Shown here in pieces: positions 50,684 to 60,182 of a DNA stretch of 64,000 bases. Each line of letters begins with the position of its first letter. Within the stretch, counting starts at the first letter, position 1. The stretch is taken from contig JBBRSP010000006.1 in assembly GCA_038245295.1 (NCBI GenBank), positions 1 to 64,000 on the forward strand, written 5' to 3'. The DNA comes from Candidatus Binatia bacterium. GTDB taxonomy: Bacteria > Desulfobacterota > Binatia > HRBIN30. The notes below the pieces were generated by a model. It was not told where the DNA came from. It made no database searches and was given only the letters and a program-made list of their open reading frames with translations. The translations under genes and the position numbers were made by a program.

Positions 50684-50887
50684 TTATGCGGCTCGTTCGC
50701 GCACTTGTCCGAATCGCGAGGCTCGTTCGCCGACCTCGCGGAGTGTTTCCGGGTCAACCCCGCGCAAAGCAAGTACGAGCGGCACGCTGGCACCAAGCAC
50801 CAGGATAAGGCTTACGATACTGAACCCAGCGTCAACTTCGACCGGCCCCGGCAAGGGGGCCGAGAACAAGAACCAATCCATCTTCAT
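50684..50887 (-). CDS. Small single-TM protein
   Basis: MKMDWFLFS..FSIVSLILVLGASVPLVLAL..ERAA; co-oriented downstream of the XRE gene. Confidence 0.5.
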   Translation of the reverse strand: MKMDWFLFSAPLPGPVEVDAGFSIVSLILVLGASVPLVLALRGVDPETLREVGERASRFGQVRERAA

Positions 50888-50998
50888 TCCGCCAGGCTGC
50901 GCACCCCCTTCCAACGGCGATGCGCGCTGGAAGGGGGCATCAGGGTACGATTCCCTCGCGGGAAGGATTTGAATGTTGCGCCATACGAGAGAGACTGC

Positions 50999-51274
50999 TC
51001 AATGCGCCACAGCGGCGCCGTTGGCGTAGCTGGTACGGGCCGTATCCATGGCAGCTTCCATGCCGAGACTCTCAGGCGTGCTCAGGAACCACTCCATCGG
51101 TCGCCCGGTGTAGCAAGCGATACGAAAGAGCACTTCCGTCGAGGGGACGCGTCCATTGAGATAGTTGTAAAGGGCCGACAGGCTCACGCCGATGTCATAG
51201 GCGAATGCCTTCGGCTCATCGGCAACAACTTCCCTCAATCGCTGCGCCACCATCTGTGAATCGATCCGTCCCAT
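50999..51274 (-). CDS. XRE-family HTH transcriptional regulator
   Basis: RLREV..AFAYDIGVSLSALYNYLNGRVPSTEVL.RIA..WFL; AAGGAG RBS. Confidence 0.9.
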   Translation of the reverse strand: MGRIDSQMVAQRLREVVADEPKAFAYDIGVSLSALYNYLNGRVPSTEVLFRIACYTGRPMEWFLSTPESLGMEAAMDTARTSYANGAAVAH

Positions 51275-51361
51275 GATCTTCTCCTTTTACGGATCGGGTT
51301 GAACGAGAAAGTGTCCGTCATCACTCTCCCGCCTGCCGCCCAATGCGGCGAAACGTTAGAA

Positions 51362-51400
51362 AACAAAAAAGGCCACCGGACTTTCGTCCGGTGGCCTTTT
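51362..51400 (-). terminator. Intrinsic terminator (attenuator) in the leader of the XRE gene
   Basis: Minus strand reads AAAAGGCCACCGGAC-GAAA-GTCCGGTGGCCTTTTTTGTTT, about 90 nt upstream of the XRE start. Confidence 0.9.
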
Positions 51401-51426
51401 GATTCTCAGGGATTGTTCCGTTTTTG

Positions 51427-51612
51427 TTACGGGATCCCCTCCATCGGAAGGCCACCGGACACGCCACGCGGGTTAATCTTCTTCGTCGAAAGCGAACCCA
51501 ACGTGAGCGACACGGCCGTATGGGCCATGGCTACCGGCGCAAACCAGCATACGGCGGCGCGGGCGGCGCGCTGCGCGGTATGGGTGGCTTGGCTGAGTTG
51601 GATCTGTTTCAT
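51427..51612 (-). CDS. Putative leader peptide (uORF) containing the antiterminator
   Basis: 61 codons with AAGGA RBS; contains GTCCGGTGGCCTT (51448-51460), identical to the terminator 3' arm. Confidence 0.65.
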   Translation of the reverse strand: MKQIQLSQATHTAQRAARAAVCWFAPVAMAHTAVSLTLGSLSTKKINPRGVSGGLPMEGIP

Positions 51613-51675
51613 CGAGTTGGCGTCCTTGTCCTTGGTTTCTTCCGTGACCGACTATTTGCCACAGGGGCGCGGGGT

Positions 51676-51693
51676 GAAGCAAGTCATTGCTTC
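51676..51693. promoter_or_regulatory. Palindromic operator candidate between divergent promoters
   Basis: GAAGCAA-gtca-TTGCTTC (perfect 7-4-7). Confidence 0.45.
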
Positions 51694-51751
51694 CAACATT
51701 CGTGGACTGTTGCGGTGTGTGCTATCTGCCGCCCCCGGGACGAAGACACGT

Positions 51752-52861
51752 ATGAACAAGTTGCACGTTGGGATCATTTTTGGCGGGCGCTCGGGCGAAC
51801 ACGAAGTATCGTTGCGCTCGGCACGCGCGGTAGCGGATGCGATCGACCGGAACCGATACCGGGTCACACTGATCGGCATCAGCCGCAGCGGCCACTGGCG
51901 TTTACTCAGCGACGAGCAGTTCCGGCAGATCACGGACAGGCCTCTGGCGAGCATCGGTGACGAGGGACGCGAGATCTTTCTGTTGCCTTCGGGCACAAAG
52001 GGCCAAATGCTCGACGCCCGCGAACCGCAGGAGCACCTTGGAACACTCGACGTGGTCCTGCCTCTGCTGCATGGCCCGTGCGGCGAGGATGGAACGGTTC
52101 AGGGCTTTCTGGAGCTGGCCAACGTTCCCTATGTCGGAGCGGGCGTCCTGGGTTCGGCCGTTGGCATGGATAAGGACGTACAAAAGCGGTTGCTACACGA
52201 AGCGGGCCTTCCGATCACCCCATTCTTTGCCCTGACGACAACAAGATGGGCAACTCACGCCGTGGTGGTTCGTGAACAGGCAACCGCATTGGGGTTCCCG
52301 CTGTTCATCAAACCGGCGAATATGGGTTCATCCGTAGGGGTCTCGAAGGTTCATGATCTCAGCGAACTAGACGCAGCCATTTCGCTCGCCTTTCGCTTCG
52401 ACACCAAGGCCCTGGTCGAGAAGGGCATCGATGCCCGCGAGATCGAATGTGCTGTCCTCGGTAACGACGACCCGCAGGTCTCCGTGCCCGGGGAGGTGCG
52501 GTCACGGTCCGAATTCTACTCCTACGAAGCCAAATACATCGATGAGAACGGCGCCGAGCTGCTCATCCCGGCACCCATCTCAGAGGCGCAAGCCGCGGAA
52601 GTACGTCGTCTGGCAGCGGCAGCATTCACGACGCTGGAATGCGCTGGCTTGGCACGGATCGACCTCTTTCTCGAACGCAGGAGCGGGCGGTTCTTGATCA
52701 ACGAGATCAACACGATCCCGGGTTTCACGTCGATCAGTATGTACCCGAAACTATGGGAAGCATCGGGGTGTTCCTTTGCGCAACTCATTGATCGATTGAT
52801 CGCGTTGGCGATGGAGCGACACACGCGCCGCCGCAGCCTGCAGACGACCCTGCCCGAATAG
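51752..52861 (+). CDS. ddl: D-alanine--D-alanine ligase
   Basis: FGGRSGEHEVS, LHGP.GEDG, MDK, KPANMGSSVG, FYSYEAKY, NEINTIPG. Confidence 0.96.
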   Translation: MNKLHVGIIFGGRSGEHEVSLRSARAVADAIDRNRYRVTLIGISRSGHWRLLSDEQFRQITDRPLASIGDEGREIFLLPSGTKGQMLDAREPQEHLGTLDVVLPLLHGPCGEDGTVQGFLELANVPYVGAGVLGSAVGMDKDVQKRLLHEAGLPITPFFALTTTRWATHAVVVREQATALGFPLFIKPANMGSSVGVSKVHDLSELDAAISLAFRFDTKALVEKGIDAREIECAVLGNDDPQVSVPGEVRSRSEFYSYEAKYIDENGAELLIPAPISEAQAAEVRRLAAAAFTTLECAGLARIDLFLERRSGRFLINEINTIPGFTSISMYPKLWEASGCSFAQLIDRLIALAMERHTRRRSLQTTLPE

Positions 52862-52890
52862 AGCAACGAGCGCCCCTTCGTCCGGGGGAG

Positions 52891-53358
52891 TCAGCCCTGC
52901 AAGAGACGGACGGCGGCGCGCAGGGCGAGCAAGTAGCTGTCCAGCCCGAAACCACAAATCTGCCCCACCGCGACTGCGGCGATATAGGAATGGTGACGGA
53001 ACTCTTCGCGCTTGTGGATATTAGAGAGATGCACCTCGATGACGGGCAATCCGACGGCCACGAGGGCATCGCGGATGGCGATGCTGGTATGCGTGTAGGC
53101 ACCGGCATTGATGATGATCAGGTCGGCACTGTCACGAGCGGCGTGGATGCAACTGACAAGCTCCCCTTCGAGGTTCGACTGCACCGTTGAGACCTCGACC
53201 CCGAGCTCTCCAGCCAATTGCTCAAGTGCGGCGTCAATGTCCCGCAACGTGTCGCGTCCGTAGACAGCCGGCTCACGCGTTCCCAGGAGATTCAGATTCG
53301 GCCCATGGAGGACCTGGATGTGTTTCCGTGACTTCGTGGATTTCGAGCGCTTCGACAC
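52891..53358 (-). CDS. aroQ: Type II 3-dehydroquinate dehydratase
   Basis: [44 protein letters not shown]. Confidence 0.97.
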   Translation of the reverse strand: MSKRSKSTKSRKHIQVLHGPNLNLLGTREPAVYGRDTLRDIDAALEQLAGELGVEVSTVQSNLEGELVSCIHAARDSADLIIINAGAYTHTSIAIRDALVAVGLPVIEVHLSNIHKREEFRHHSYIAAVAVGQICGFGLDSYLLALRAAVRLLQG

Positions 53359-53383
53359 GTCGGCCCTGTATCAGAAGTGGCCC

Positions 53384-53421
53384 CGGCTTCGCCACCGACA
53401 AGATTGGGAGTGGCGAAGCCG
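53384..53421 (-). terminator. Stem-loop between the giant adhesin gene and aroQ
   Basis: 12-bp perfect IR CGGCTTCGCCAC / GTGGCGAAGCCG; no U-tract. Confidence 0.5.
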
Positions 53422-53458
53422 CAGGCCGCTTATGGTTCCGTGTGGGCTAAGAGCTCAC

Positions 53459-56400
53459 CTAACTGATCAACCCTGAGGCGACGGTCTGTGTTACGTTCCC
53501 GTTCGGGCAATCGCCTCCACCTTTTCCTGCTACAATTACCGTCAAAGTAAATGATCCGACACTTGCCATGGGCTTGGCCGTCACCGGCACCGTAAACTGG
53601 GTTAGCCCCTCCACTAATTGATTGAAGCTCTGACCGTCCGGCAAGCTGAACGTCACGATCGAGCTGCCACTCGCACCGAGCACGATATCGTCCGACGATG
53701 CCGCGATCGTCACCGCACAGGAATCGGTGAGAGGATTGCGGCGATCATCGTGCACATTGACGGTGACGAAGCTCGTTTGTCCGGCCGTGAGATTGACTTG
53801 CGTCGGGCTTGCGATCGGCTTGGCCGTCGGTCCGGAGAACGTCACGTAGGCAAGGCCCCACAGGAAGATATTGGTATCGAGACTGCCCGACACCCCCTGC
53901 GGCCCAACCACTCCATCCAGCGGTGGTGTGTCGAGAAAGAACTCGAATTGAGTGTTCGGATCGAAGTGGCCGTTGCATTGCGGGCTCGGCGCGGAAATTG
54001 GGCAGGACGAGTCGTCGGTTCCGCCTAGCGGGTTGAAGTCTGCCGGCATAGGACGGAAGTCGACCACGGGCTCCGAGATATTGTCAGTCAGAATCACTTC
54101 GCCCGGCTCGTATTGACCGTTTCCGTTGTTATCGATGAAGCTCTCTTCACCGAGGGTAAACCCGAGCACGGCGACAATTCCCGTCGGTGGAACGACTGCC
54201 TCAGTGAGGAGTGTGGCTGTAGCTACACCATTGACATCCGTCGACGTTGGGTTGACGACGCTGGCAGCGTTCGAGACGAACGCCACGGTCGTCCCTGCCG
54301 GAACGGCATTGCCAAAGCGATCATTCAAGAACGCCGACACGGAGTCGGTAAGACCAAGCAGGCGGCGACCCGCCACATTCTGTTTAGCCACGGCGAGACT
54401 GAACCGATTAGCCGATGTCGGGCCACCCAACACGGCGACCCCCACCGACGACGAGAAGATATCGGGTGTGCCGTCGCCATTGGCATCGACGCTGGCGGTG
54501 ACGCGCACCGTCGAGGCACGAGTACCACTGGTCAGAAAGGTAGTCACGTTGCCACCGGCGTCCGTCACCGCCTGCTGAGGCGACAGGAGCTCCGTGCCCG
54601 TTCCCGTCAGAGTGAAGGTGACCGGCACCCCTGAAAGCGGTTGGTTTTGGATGTTGGTGACAAGGAACTTCAACACGGATTGCTCAGGTCGACCTGAGGC
54701 GCGAACACCTAGGATCGATGGCGACGCTCCAGTGAATTGGATCGAACCAGCCGGCGGCGTCGGCGTCGTGGTCGGCAATTGGGTACTCGTTGCCGTTATG
54801 GTCGGCGTCGGGGTCTGGAACCCCTCCGGGAAAGGGGTCGACGTTGGAGCTTGCGTTGGCGTATCGGTCTGGGTCGGCGTCTGCGTGACGGTTGACGAGA
54901 CCGTACGCGTCGGGGTGCGTGTTGGACGATCATCCGGCAACACCACCGCCTTTGTAGCTTCCAACAAGGACCCGTCGGATGTGGTCAGTCGAGCCCGTAC
55001 CGTGATCGCGGTGCCTTGGCGATTCGACGTGTACTTTATGCAGGCCAACGCATCACCAGGTTGCGGCTGAACGTTTACCGAACCGCTGACACACGGGGCG
55101 GCTTTATTGGTCAGGCCGGGGCTGGTGATCGAAACACCCGACACTGGGTCGACCAGGCTGAACTCCACCGGCACCCCATCGGGCACCGTGACACCATTTG
55201 CATCGGTGACCAGCGCCGTCACGATGCTGGTGAACGTACCGTCACCGTTGTCGTTACGTCGAGTCTCGAACAGATCGATATCGGCGAACGAGGCCTTCGG
55301 ACCGATCTGGTTTAGGCCGAGCACGGCGATACGTCCGAGTGAATCGGTTGCCGTCACGATGAACGATCCCACCTGGTTGCCCGACGTGAGAACGAAGGAG
55401 CCGCCGGACATATCAACGATCGTGGAGCTGAGGCAGGCTTCCCCGGAAGCGGAGAGGTGGAACGGCGGTGCGCCACCCGTAACGACGAAGGCTTGGCTGA
55501 TGCCGTTGCAACCCGGAACGGCCGACACACCGGCGAACAACGTCGAGTTGCTCGGAGCGATAGCCGGCGGTTGGACCGTCGGTGTCGCCGTCGGAATCTC
55601 CGGCGTGCGCGTTGGTGTGACGGTCGGGCGACTATCGATGAGCACGACGTCGCGCACATCCTCGATGAACCCGCCAGTCGCGGTCTGCACCCGAGCTCGG
55701 ATCTGAACGTGCTGTCCCTGCAGAGCCGCAACGAACTTGACACAGGACAACGCGTCACCCGGCTGCAGAACTGGCTCGAAGTCGAGTGTGCAAGGAGCAG
55801 GCTGCAGCACAAAGCCGGGGCTGGTCACGGAAACGCCGCCCACCGGCGAGACGAGGCTGAAGTCGACCTGCACACCAGGACCAACGACGGCACCGTTCGC
55901 ATCCGAAACCAACGCGGTGATGACCGTCGTGAACGAGCCGTCATGGTTATCCACCACCCGGGTCAGGATCTGATCGAGGCGAACAAACTGCGCCCCGGGG
56001 GTTGGCGGGGCCAAGGTTGGCGTGATGGTCGGCGTCGCCGAAGGTGGCAAGGTTCCCGTCACCGTCAGAGTGGGGGTCGGAGGGCCAATCACGACCACAC
56101 CCGCCGAAGCGGTCCGCCCGGCAGCGTCGGTAAGCGTAACTGTGTACGTTCCAGGGGTGTTTCCAGCCGTGTAGAGGAAGGATCCACCGGACACGGTGAC
56201 CTGGTTTACACTGACACAACCACCGCCTGCGAAGACGTTGAACGGCGGTGTGCCATCCTGGATGACGAAGGTTTGTGAGGCTCCGTTACAGGTCGACGGC
56301 GGACCGCCCGTACCCTGCGCCAGCGTAGCCGCGTTGGGCAACAGTACTGGGGGCGGCGGTGTCGGCGTCGGTGTCGCACTCACGGTCGGCGTAGCGGTTG

Positions 56401-59400
56401 CTGTCGCCGAAGGAGTATTTGTCACCGTCGGGCTCGGGGTCGGTGTCTCCGTATTGGTGGAGGTGGGTGTAGCGGTGACAGTTGGTGTAGGTGTCGGCGC
56501 ACCCAAGAAGACGACCGGATAGCTAATTTCGACCGAGCCGTTGCCGCCGGGCGCCACACCGCTGGAGTCCGAAGTAATCGACACATTGACCGAGTCGACC
56601 TCCTGCATGCCAGTTGGCTGCTTGTCGACGAGGAGGAACTCGAATCGGCTCAACCCACTAACAATGTGATTGTTTGTAAAGGCATCGGGCAGGGTAATGT
56701 CGCTTACCCCGAGAATCTTACCGCGTGCGCCACCATAGGCGATTTTGATGTTGGAGCCGCCCACCAATGGATTGCCGACGGCAGGGAACGTCAACGGGTC
56801 CGGATTGTCGGAAACCAACAGCGTGAAGCCGCGGCTACCACCCGCGAGAATTGGTCCTTGGGTCTCGGGAATCAGCAGTGCGGCGGTGTGAGCCGAGAAG
56901 GTTGAGCAGATGGAATCGAACACGATGACTTGCTCACCGCAAGAGCGGGTTCCGCTTCCCTGATCGGTGTTGAACTGCGAGTCCTGGTTAAGGTCGATGA
57001 ACTCCTCACCTTCGGTATACGTGCCGTCGCAATTCGTGTCGAAATACGGCTCGCTGATGAGATGCAGTTCATCCTGGTCATCACAGACACCGTTGCCATT
57101 TTTATCAAGGAACGGGCGCTCGCCTCGGGTTGTGGCGAGAGTGTTGACGATTCCACCAGGCGGCAGCGGGGCTTGCGAGACCAGCGTGGCGTCGGCTTGA
57201 CCGAGGGTATTCGTCGCGTGAGGATCGCCGACAGCGCCGCCACGTGTCGTGAAGCTGACGCTCGTTCCCGGTGGCACCGGGTTACCGAAGCGATCGGCGA
57301 CGAATGCGGTAACTTTATTCTCCAAGCCGAAGGTAACCCGGCCGGCAATGTTCAAGAACTGGACGGCCAGACTCAGATTTGGCTGCGATGGCGGACCACC
57401 CAGGACATTCACCTGAGTCGATCGCGTTACTAGGGCAGGAACGACGCTGGTGACTTGGGCGGTTACTTGCAAACTGAGAGCGCGTTGTCCGGAACGCACT
57501 GTTACATGCACCAACCCATTGGCATCCGACGTCATCTGTTGTGGCGAGAGCGTCTCGCCCGAGATCTGCGGCAGCGAGAACTGAACCAGGGCCCCAAGGA
57601 CCGGCAAACCCAGCCCATCGGTAACCTTGAATGTCAGCGTTGACTGCTCCGGCAGGCCGGAACCGCGGACCCCTATGACCACAGGGTCGGCACTCACGAA
57701 TGCCAGCGCTGCAGGCTGAGCTGAGCTTCCCGGTGTTGGCGTGCTGCCACCGACATTGATCAGTGGAACCGAGATTGGATCGTTCACCAGGCCGCCGCCT
57801 GAGACGCGCAGGATGACCGCACCAGACGGGGTTCCCGCTGGAATGACCAGTGTCACCTGGGCTTCGCCGTCGGCGTTTGTCAGGTCCGAGCGCTCGATTG
57901 ATCCGATCGATGAAGAGAATCGGACGCGGACGTTCTCCGCTGGCGTCAACGTTGCGGTGGATACCGATGCGCGAACGATGACGACGGAATCAGCAAGATC
58001 ACTGACGCGAATCGGTGACGGCGAGACATTGACATCCAAGACACCGATCTCACCTGGCAACGTTACGACCTGACCAGCGACGCTGTTCTGGACGCCGTTG
58101 GAGGAAGCACGGACGAGGAGTTCGCTTCCCTGAAGGCTCAAGGGGAAGCGGATGCAGGTCATGGCGGTCCCAGGCTGGGTGACGAGAGCCGGAATCAAAG
58201 TAATACACGGCGGTGTGCTGTTGGTAATCGGCGAATTGGTGATGAGAACGTTACGCGCCGGGTCAGTGGGATCGTCACTACAAGTTCCGGTGCCACAGGT
58301 TGAACTGACCGTGCACGAATCTCCGTCGGCAGGACCACCGACGCAGACCTTGCGAGTTACAACTTCGAACGACGCAGGAGTGCCGTCCTCAACCGCGTTA
58401 CCCGCGCTGTCGATGAGAGCCGCGCTGATGATCGATTGTCCGAAGCCGTCCCCGTTGTTGACCAAGACGGGGCTGATGGCGACCGTGATCCGGTCGACCG
58501 TGCCAGCCGTCACTGCCACGACCGTCTGCTCCGAGATTAGCGGTTGTGCCAATCCTTGGACGGATGTGTCGACGCAAGCCTGGACTTTGACCGTTCCCGG
58601 CTTATTGCCCGCTTTCAACTGCACAATGGCAAAGCCAGCCTGGTTGGAAATCGTGTATGGATCGCTCGCCGAGCAACCACTGTTGGCCACCGGAGTCGGC
58701 GGTGGGTCTGGCAGGGTTGGAGGAAGAATCAGGGCACCGGTTGATGTGGTGCCTGCAGCAACGACATGGAAGTACACCCTGGTTCCGGACAAGGCTTGGC
58801 CGTTGTTGTCGAAGATCCTCGCGGTTACCGACGACAAATCGATACCGCCTCCGTTGGCCACTTGGATTCTGGAGGGACTTGACGCCAGTTGCACGGAAGC
58901 TGGCTTGCCGGAATCAACACCGGGCAGGCCAACGCCGTTGGGGCCTTGCCCAGCAACCACGCTTAGCCCGACTGCCCCTGTAACACCGCCGGCAAGCGCC
59001 TCTATGCCAATGACCGTCCCACCACCTACGCCCGGCTTGACCTCGAGGAGGCTTGCAGCGACGCCGCCCTGGGAGCCGAAAAGCCGCGAGCGATCAATCA
59101 GCGGATTGAACTGCCCCTTTGTGCTGGTAAACAAAACGTCGACACCATTGATCGGCGCGTTATCGCCGTCCAAAACGGTAGCGGTGACATTGACTAGGCC
59201 ACCGGTGTCGGAACCGATGATGGGTTGATCCAACTGCAGGACCACCGATTTGACCGGCTTGACGCCCTTGCCCGAGACAACCTCCACCGAGGTCGAACCG
59301 GCCTGTCCGCACGCCGCTGCACTAATGACCAACACATTCGATGGTGATCCCGGTGCGATCGTCAGATTACTCACGGCAAGGCCGTTGGCATCCGTGGAGG

Positions 59401-60151
59401 CAACGACGCGGCTGAACGTGCCGATCCGCGGCTGCTCATCAAACAAGATATTCACGTTGGAAACCGGCAGATTGTTGGAATCGAACACGACCGCCGTGAT
59501 CGTCGCCACGCCGCCGTCCTGAGCGCTCAAGCTCAGGGCGTTCGTCTGGACGAGAATCGTCTGCACGTTCATGCACGGCTCCGGCGTCGATGTGGGCGAG
59601 AACGTCGGAGTCAACGTCGGCTGCGGGGTGGTCGTGGCGGACGGGCCCTCGGTTCGCGTGAACGTCGGAGCCAGCGGTGCATTCACGACTACCGTTAGCG
59701 ACACGGTAAGCCCTTGGCGCGCAGATGCACCCACAATGGTGACGCGGAAGGTGTATTGTCCACCAACGAGTCCGCGCACATCACCCGTCACGACGCCCCG
59801 GGCATCGGTCCTCGCGTCCTCCGGCACAACCGAGAGAACGTCGAGCGCGGTTTCGATGAGAATGCTTTCGCCGGCAACGGCGTGGCCGCTGCTATCGCGC
59901 ACGGTCACGAAGTACGGCGTCGATTGAAGATCGAATAGATCAATCGACGACAAAGAAAGCGTGAGCGACCCGGCAGCCGACTGGACGGACCGAACGTTTC
60001 TGGAATCCACCGGCGTCGGCACCGGCGTCGGCCCGCCGGGCGACCCGCTCGACCCGCTCGACCCTGAGCCGCCGCCGCCGCAGCTCGCAAGCAAGGCGAC
60101 AAAGCTTCCAAGTAGCGCAGCGCGCATCAGATGCTGGATTGGGCGCTTCAT
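53459..60151 (-). CDS. Giant (~2230 aa) invasin/intimin-like Big-1 repeat lipoprotein
   Basis: Lipobox LLASC; many 'A.V.D..GN.V.G..V.F....TD.NG.A' Big-1 repeats; Pro/Thr linkers; DxNGNG Ca-loop motifs. Confidence 0.88.
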   Translation of the reverse strand: MKRPIQHLMRAALLGSFVALLASCGGGGSGSSGSSGSPGGPTPVPTPVDSRNVRSVQSAAGSLTLSLSSIDLFDLQSTPYFVTVRDSSGHAVAGESILIETALDVLSVVPEDARTDARGVVTGDVRGLVGGQYTFRVTIVGASARQGLTVSLTVVVNAPLAPTFTRTEGPSATTTPQPTLTPTFSPTSTPEPCMNVQTILVQTNALSLSAQDGGVATITAVVFDSNNLPVSNVNILFDEQPRIGTFSRVVASTDANGLAVSNLTIAPGSPSNVLVISAAACGQAGSTSVEVVSGKGVKPVKSVVLQLDQPIIGSDTGGLVNVTATVLDGDNAPINGVDVLFTSTKGQFNPLIDRSRLFGSQGGVAASLLEVKPGVGGGTVIGIEALAGGVTGAVGLSVVAGQGPNGVGLPGVDSGKPASVQLASSPSRIQVANGGGIDLSSVTARIFDNNGQALSGTRVYFHVVAAGTTSTGALILPPTLPDPPPTPVANSGCSASDPYTISNQAGFAIVQLKAGNKPGTVKVQACVDTSVQGLAQPLISEQTVVAVTAGTVDRITVAISPVLVNNGDGFGQSIISAALIDSAGNAVEDGTPASFEVVTRKVCVGGPADGDSCTVSSTCGTGTCSDDPTDPARNVLITNSPITNSTPPCITLIPALVTQPGTAMTCIRFPLSLQGSELLVRASSNGVQNSVAGQVVTLPGEIGVLDVNVSPSPIRVSDLADSVVIVRASVSTATLTPAENVRVRFSSSIGSIERSDLTNADGEAQVTLVIPAGTPSGAVILRVSGGGLVNDPISVPLINVGGSTPTPGSSAQPAALAFVSADPVVIGVRGSGLPEQSTLTFKVTDGLGLPVLGALVQFSLPQISGETLSPQQMTSDANGLVHVTVRSGQRALSLQVTAQVTSVVPALVTRSTQVNVLGGPPSQPNLSLAVQFLNIAGRVTFGLENKVTAFVADRFGNPVPPGTSVSFTTRGGAVGDPHATNTLGQADATLVSQAPLPPGGIVNTLATTRGERPFLDKNGNGVCDDQDELHLISEPYFDTNCDGTYTEGEEFIDLNQDSQFNTDQGSGTRSCGEQVIVFDSICSTFSAHTAALLIPETQGPILAGGSRGFTLLVSDNPDPLTFPAVGNPLVGGSNIKIAYGGARGKILGVSDITLPDAFTNNHIVSGLSRFEFLLVDKQPTGMQEVDSVNVSITSDSSGVAPGGNGSVEISYPVVFLGAPTPTPTVTATPTSTNTETPTPSPTVTNTPSATATATPTVSATPTPTPPPPVLLPNAATLAQGTGGPPSTCNGASQTFVIQDGTPPFNVFAGGGCVSVNQVTVSGGSFLYTAGNTPGTYTVTLTDAAGRTASAGVVVIGPPTPTLTVTGTLPPSATPTITPTLAPPTPGAQFVRLDQILTRVVDNHDGSFTTVITALVSDANGAVVGPGVQVDFSLVSPVGGVSVTSPGFVLQPAPCTLDFEPVLQPGDALSCVKFVAALQGQHVQIRARVQTATGGFIEDVRDVVLIDSRPTVTPTRTPEIPTATPTVQPPAIAPSNSTLFAGVSAVPGCNGISQAFVVTGGAPPFHLSASGEACLSSTIVDMSGGSFVLTSGNQVGSFIVTATDSLGRIAVLGLNQIGPKASFADIDLFETRRNDNGDGTFTSIVTALVTDANGVTVPDGVPVEFSLVDPVSGVSITSPGLTNKAAPCVSGSVNVQPQPGDALACIKYTSNRQGTAITVRARLTTSDGSLLEATKAVVLPDDRPTRTPTRTVSSTVTQTPTQTDTPTQAPTSTPFPEGFQTPTPTITATSTQLPTTTPTPPAGSIQFTGASPSILGVRASGRPEQSVLKFLVTNIQNQPLSGVPVTFTLTGTGTELLSPQQAVTDAGGNVTTFLTSGTRASTVRVTASVDANGDGTPDIFSSSVGVAVLGGPTSANRFSLAVAKQNVAGRRLLGLTDSVSAFLNDRFGNAVPAGTTVAFVSNAASVVNPTSTDVNGVATATLLTEAVVPPTGIVAVLGFTLGEESFIDNNGNGQYEPGEVILTDNISEPVVDFRPMPADFNPLGGTDDSSCPISAPSPQCNGHFDPNTQFEFFLDTPPLDGVVGPQGVSGSLDTNIFLWGLAYVTFSGPTAKPIASPTQVNLTAGQTSFVTVNVHDDRRNPLTDSCAVTIAASSDDIVLGASGSSIVTFSLPDGQSFNQLVEGLTQFTVPVTAKPMASVGSFTLTVIVAGKGGGDCPNGNVTQTVASGLIS

Positions 60152-60182
60152 GCTCCGATCTCCTCGTTCCCGCAAGGCTTCC

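Noticed and set aside
51400..51620. Known metabolite riboswitch or T-box upstream of the terminator
   Set aside because: I could not recognise any aptamer or T-box consensus; the uORF model explains the structure. An Rfam scan would be decisive.
51299..51751. 151-aa N-extension of Ddl
   Set aside because: It spans the terminator and leader region; the Ddl family N-terminus starts at 51752.
51752..52861. ddl as a vancomycin-resistance ligase
   Set aside because: The omega loop reads FYSYEAKY as in D-Ala-D-Ala ligases, and there are no vanH/X/R/S neighbours.
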